From Octopus bimaculoides (Eukaryota), in assembly GCF_001194135.2 (NCBI RefSeq), contig NC_068991.1:1454283-1518282 (forward strand): a stretch of DNA of 64,000 nt, in the 5' to 3' direction. The notes beneath the pieces were generated by a model. That model was not told the DNA's origin. It saw only the letters and a list, made by a program, of their open reading frames with translations, and made no database searches. Shown one piece after another: positions 63,057 through 64,000 of the stretch. A program made the translations under genes and the position numbers. Positions within the stretch are counted from its first letter, which is position 1. Each line of letters opens with the position of its first letter.

Positions 63057-64000
63057 TGTAAGCATGCATATGTATACATGGGTGTCTGTATCTACACGTC
63101 TGTTTATATAAGAAGACTAATTAATGCTAAGATATATTCTCTAGCATGACTTAATGTGAGAAATTGAGATAATTACAAATATCTTGGAAAGCATTGGCAT
63201 GTCAGCTATGTCGGTCCTATAAGGAGAGGCTGTCAGCTACGTCACTCAACAAGGAGACGGCGAGGAATGAGCACCTCAGGAGGGTAAAAAATTAAAAGAA
63301 GTATGATCGTCTGCTCCCTCAGCTTACCACAGGTATATTGCTCACGACACCCTTGCAGTCTCTATCCTCACAACCACACTTGGCCTTCTGAACTCTACAC
63401 TACAAGAACTCGGTCCGATAGGTGATGGAACACGCAAGCTCTTCAGTATTACAGGAAACTTCAACAACAATGGGCACGTAGCTACGCTATTCATCAGTGG
63501 TGGTCGTTGTCGCTAATCTGTATTGATGTCACGTGAAGCACGTATTGTGAAAATGCTTCATCTGCAGCAGAGGAAAGAGACCAGGAACTACCTTGCTCGA
63601 GTTTGGGACCACAAAATAATCAACAACATAATTAGGATGGTCAATGAATTTTAATGAGTGTTATGAAATAACAGCTGATACATCTCTCTCCCCAAGTAAC
63701 ATTTGTAAATTCTATTTATCAAAAGAACAAAAATGTAAAAAAAATGGACCGCTTCACTGAGAAGGTAATAAATAGGTGGTTGGTACGAAAGACACAAATC
63801 ATAGATGGAATTGATAATATTAAAAAACTTAGCATGATGTATTAACAAGTTTATGACGTCCCCACTTCGAAGTCAACCTGCATTCAATTGAAGAAAATGA
63901 TATCAGCCACCGAGTATTTGCAGCATTCAAAGCAGATAACATTTATAGGCACCAAAGGTAGGTTGAGCAAAACTAAGACTGGAGTCATCAACCACATTAT

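Noticed and set aside
63130-63620. GC-richer segment with a KCGCEDRDCKG peptide on the minus strand
   Set aside because: Too short to assign; no splice context.

Overview
AT-rich, microsatellite-saturated eukaryotic genomic DNA with five N-gaps. The tRNA-derived SINE families match my recollection of Octopus repeats, so the source is probably a cephalopod; this is inference. Only one protein-coding feature is supported: the first coding exon (27427-27832, +) of a cholecystokinin/gastrin/sulfakinin-type class A GPCR. It ends at a GT donor in the same phase-1 TM3 position as vertebrate CCK receptors. I found no second exon, so the intron is apparently at least 36 kb. The rest of the window consists of SINEs, Penelope-like element (PLE) remnants, a Tc1/mariner fragment, foldback elements and simple repeats. 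Nearly all other track ORFs are microsatellite or SINE shadows. The main unexpected signal is a set of type I hammerhead ribozymes (HHRs) in about five unrelated short repeats. One is canonical (46632-46674, -) and sits in a 355-bp unit with terminal redundancy, resembling a retrozyme. Two long foldback palindromes (3306-3652, 11138-11342) carry an HHR copy on each strand.
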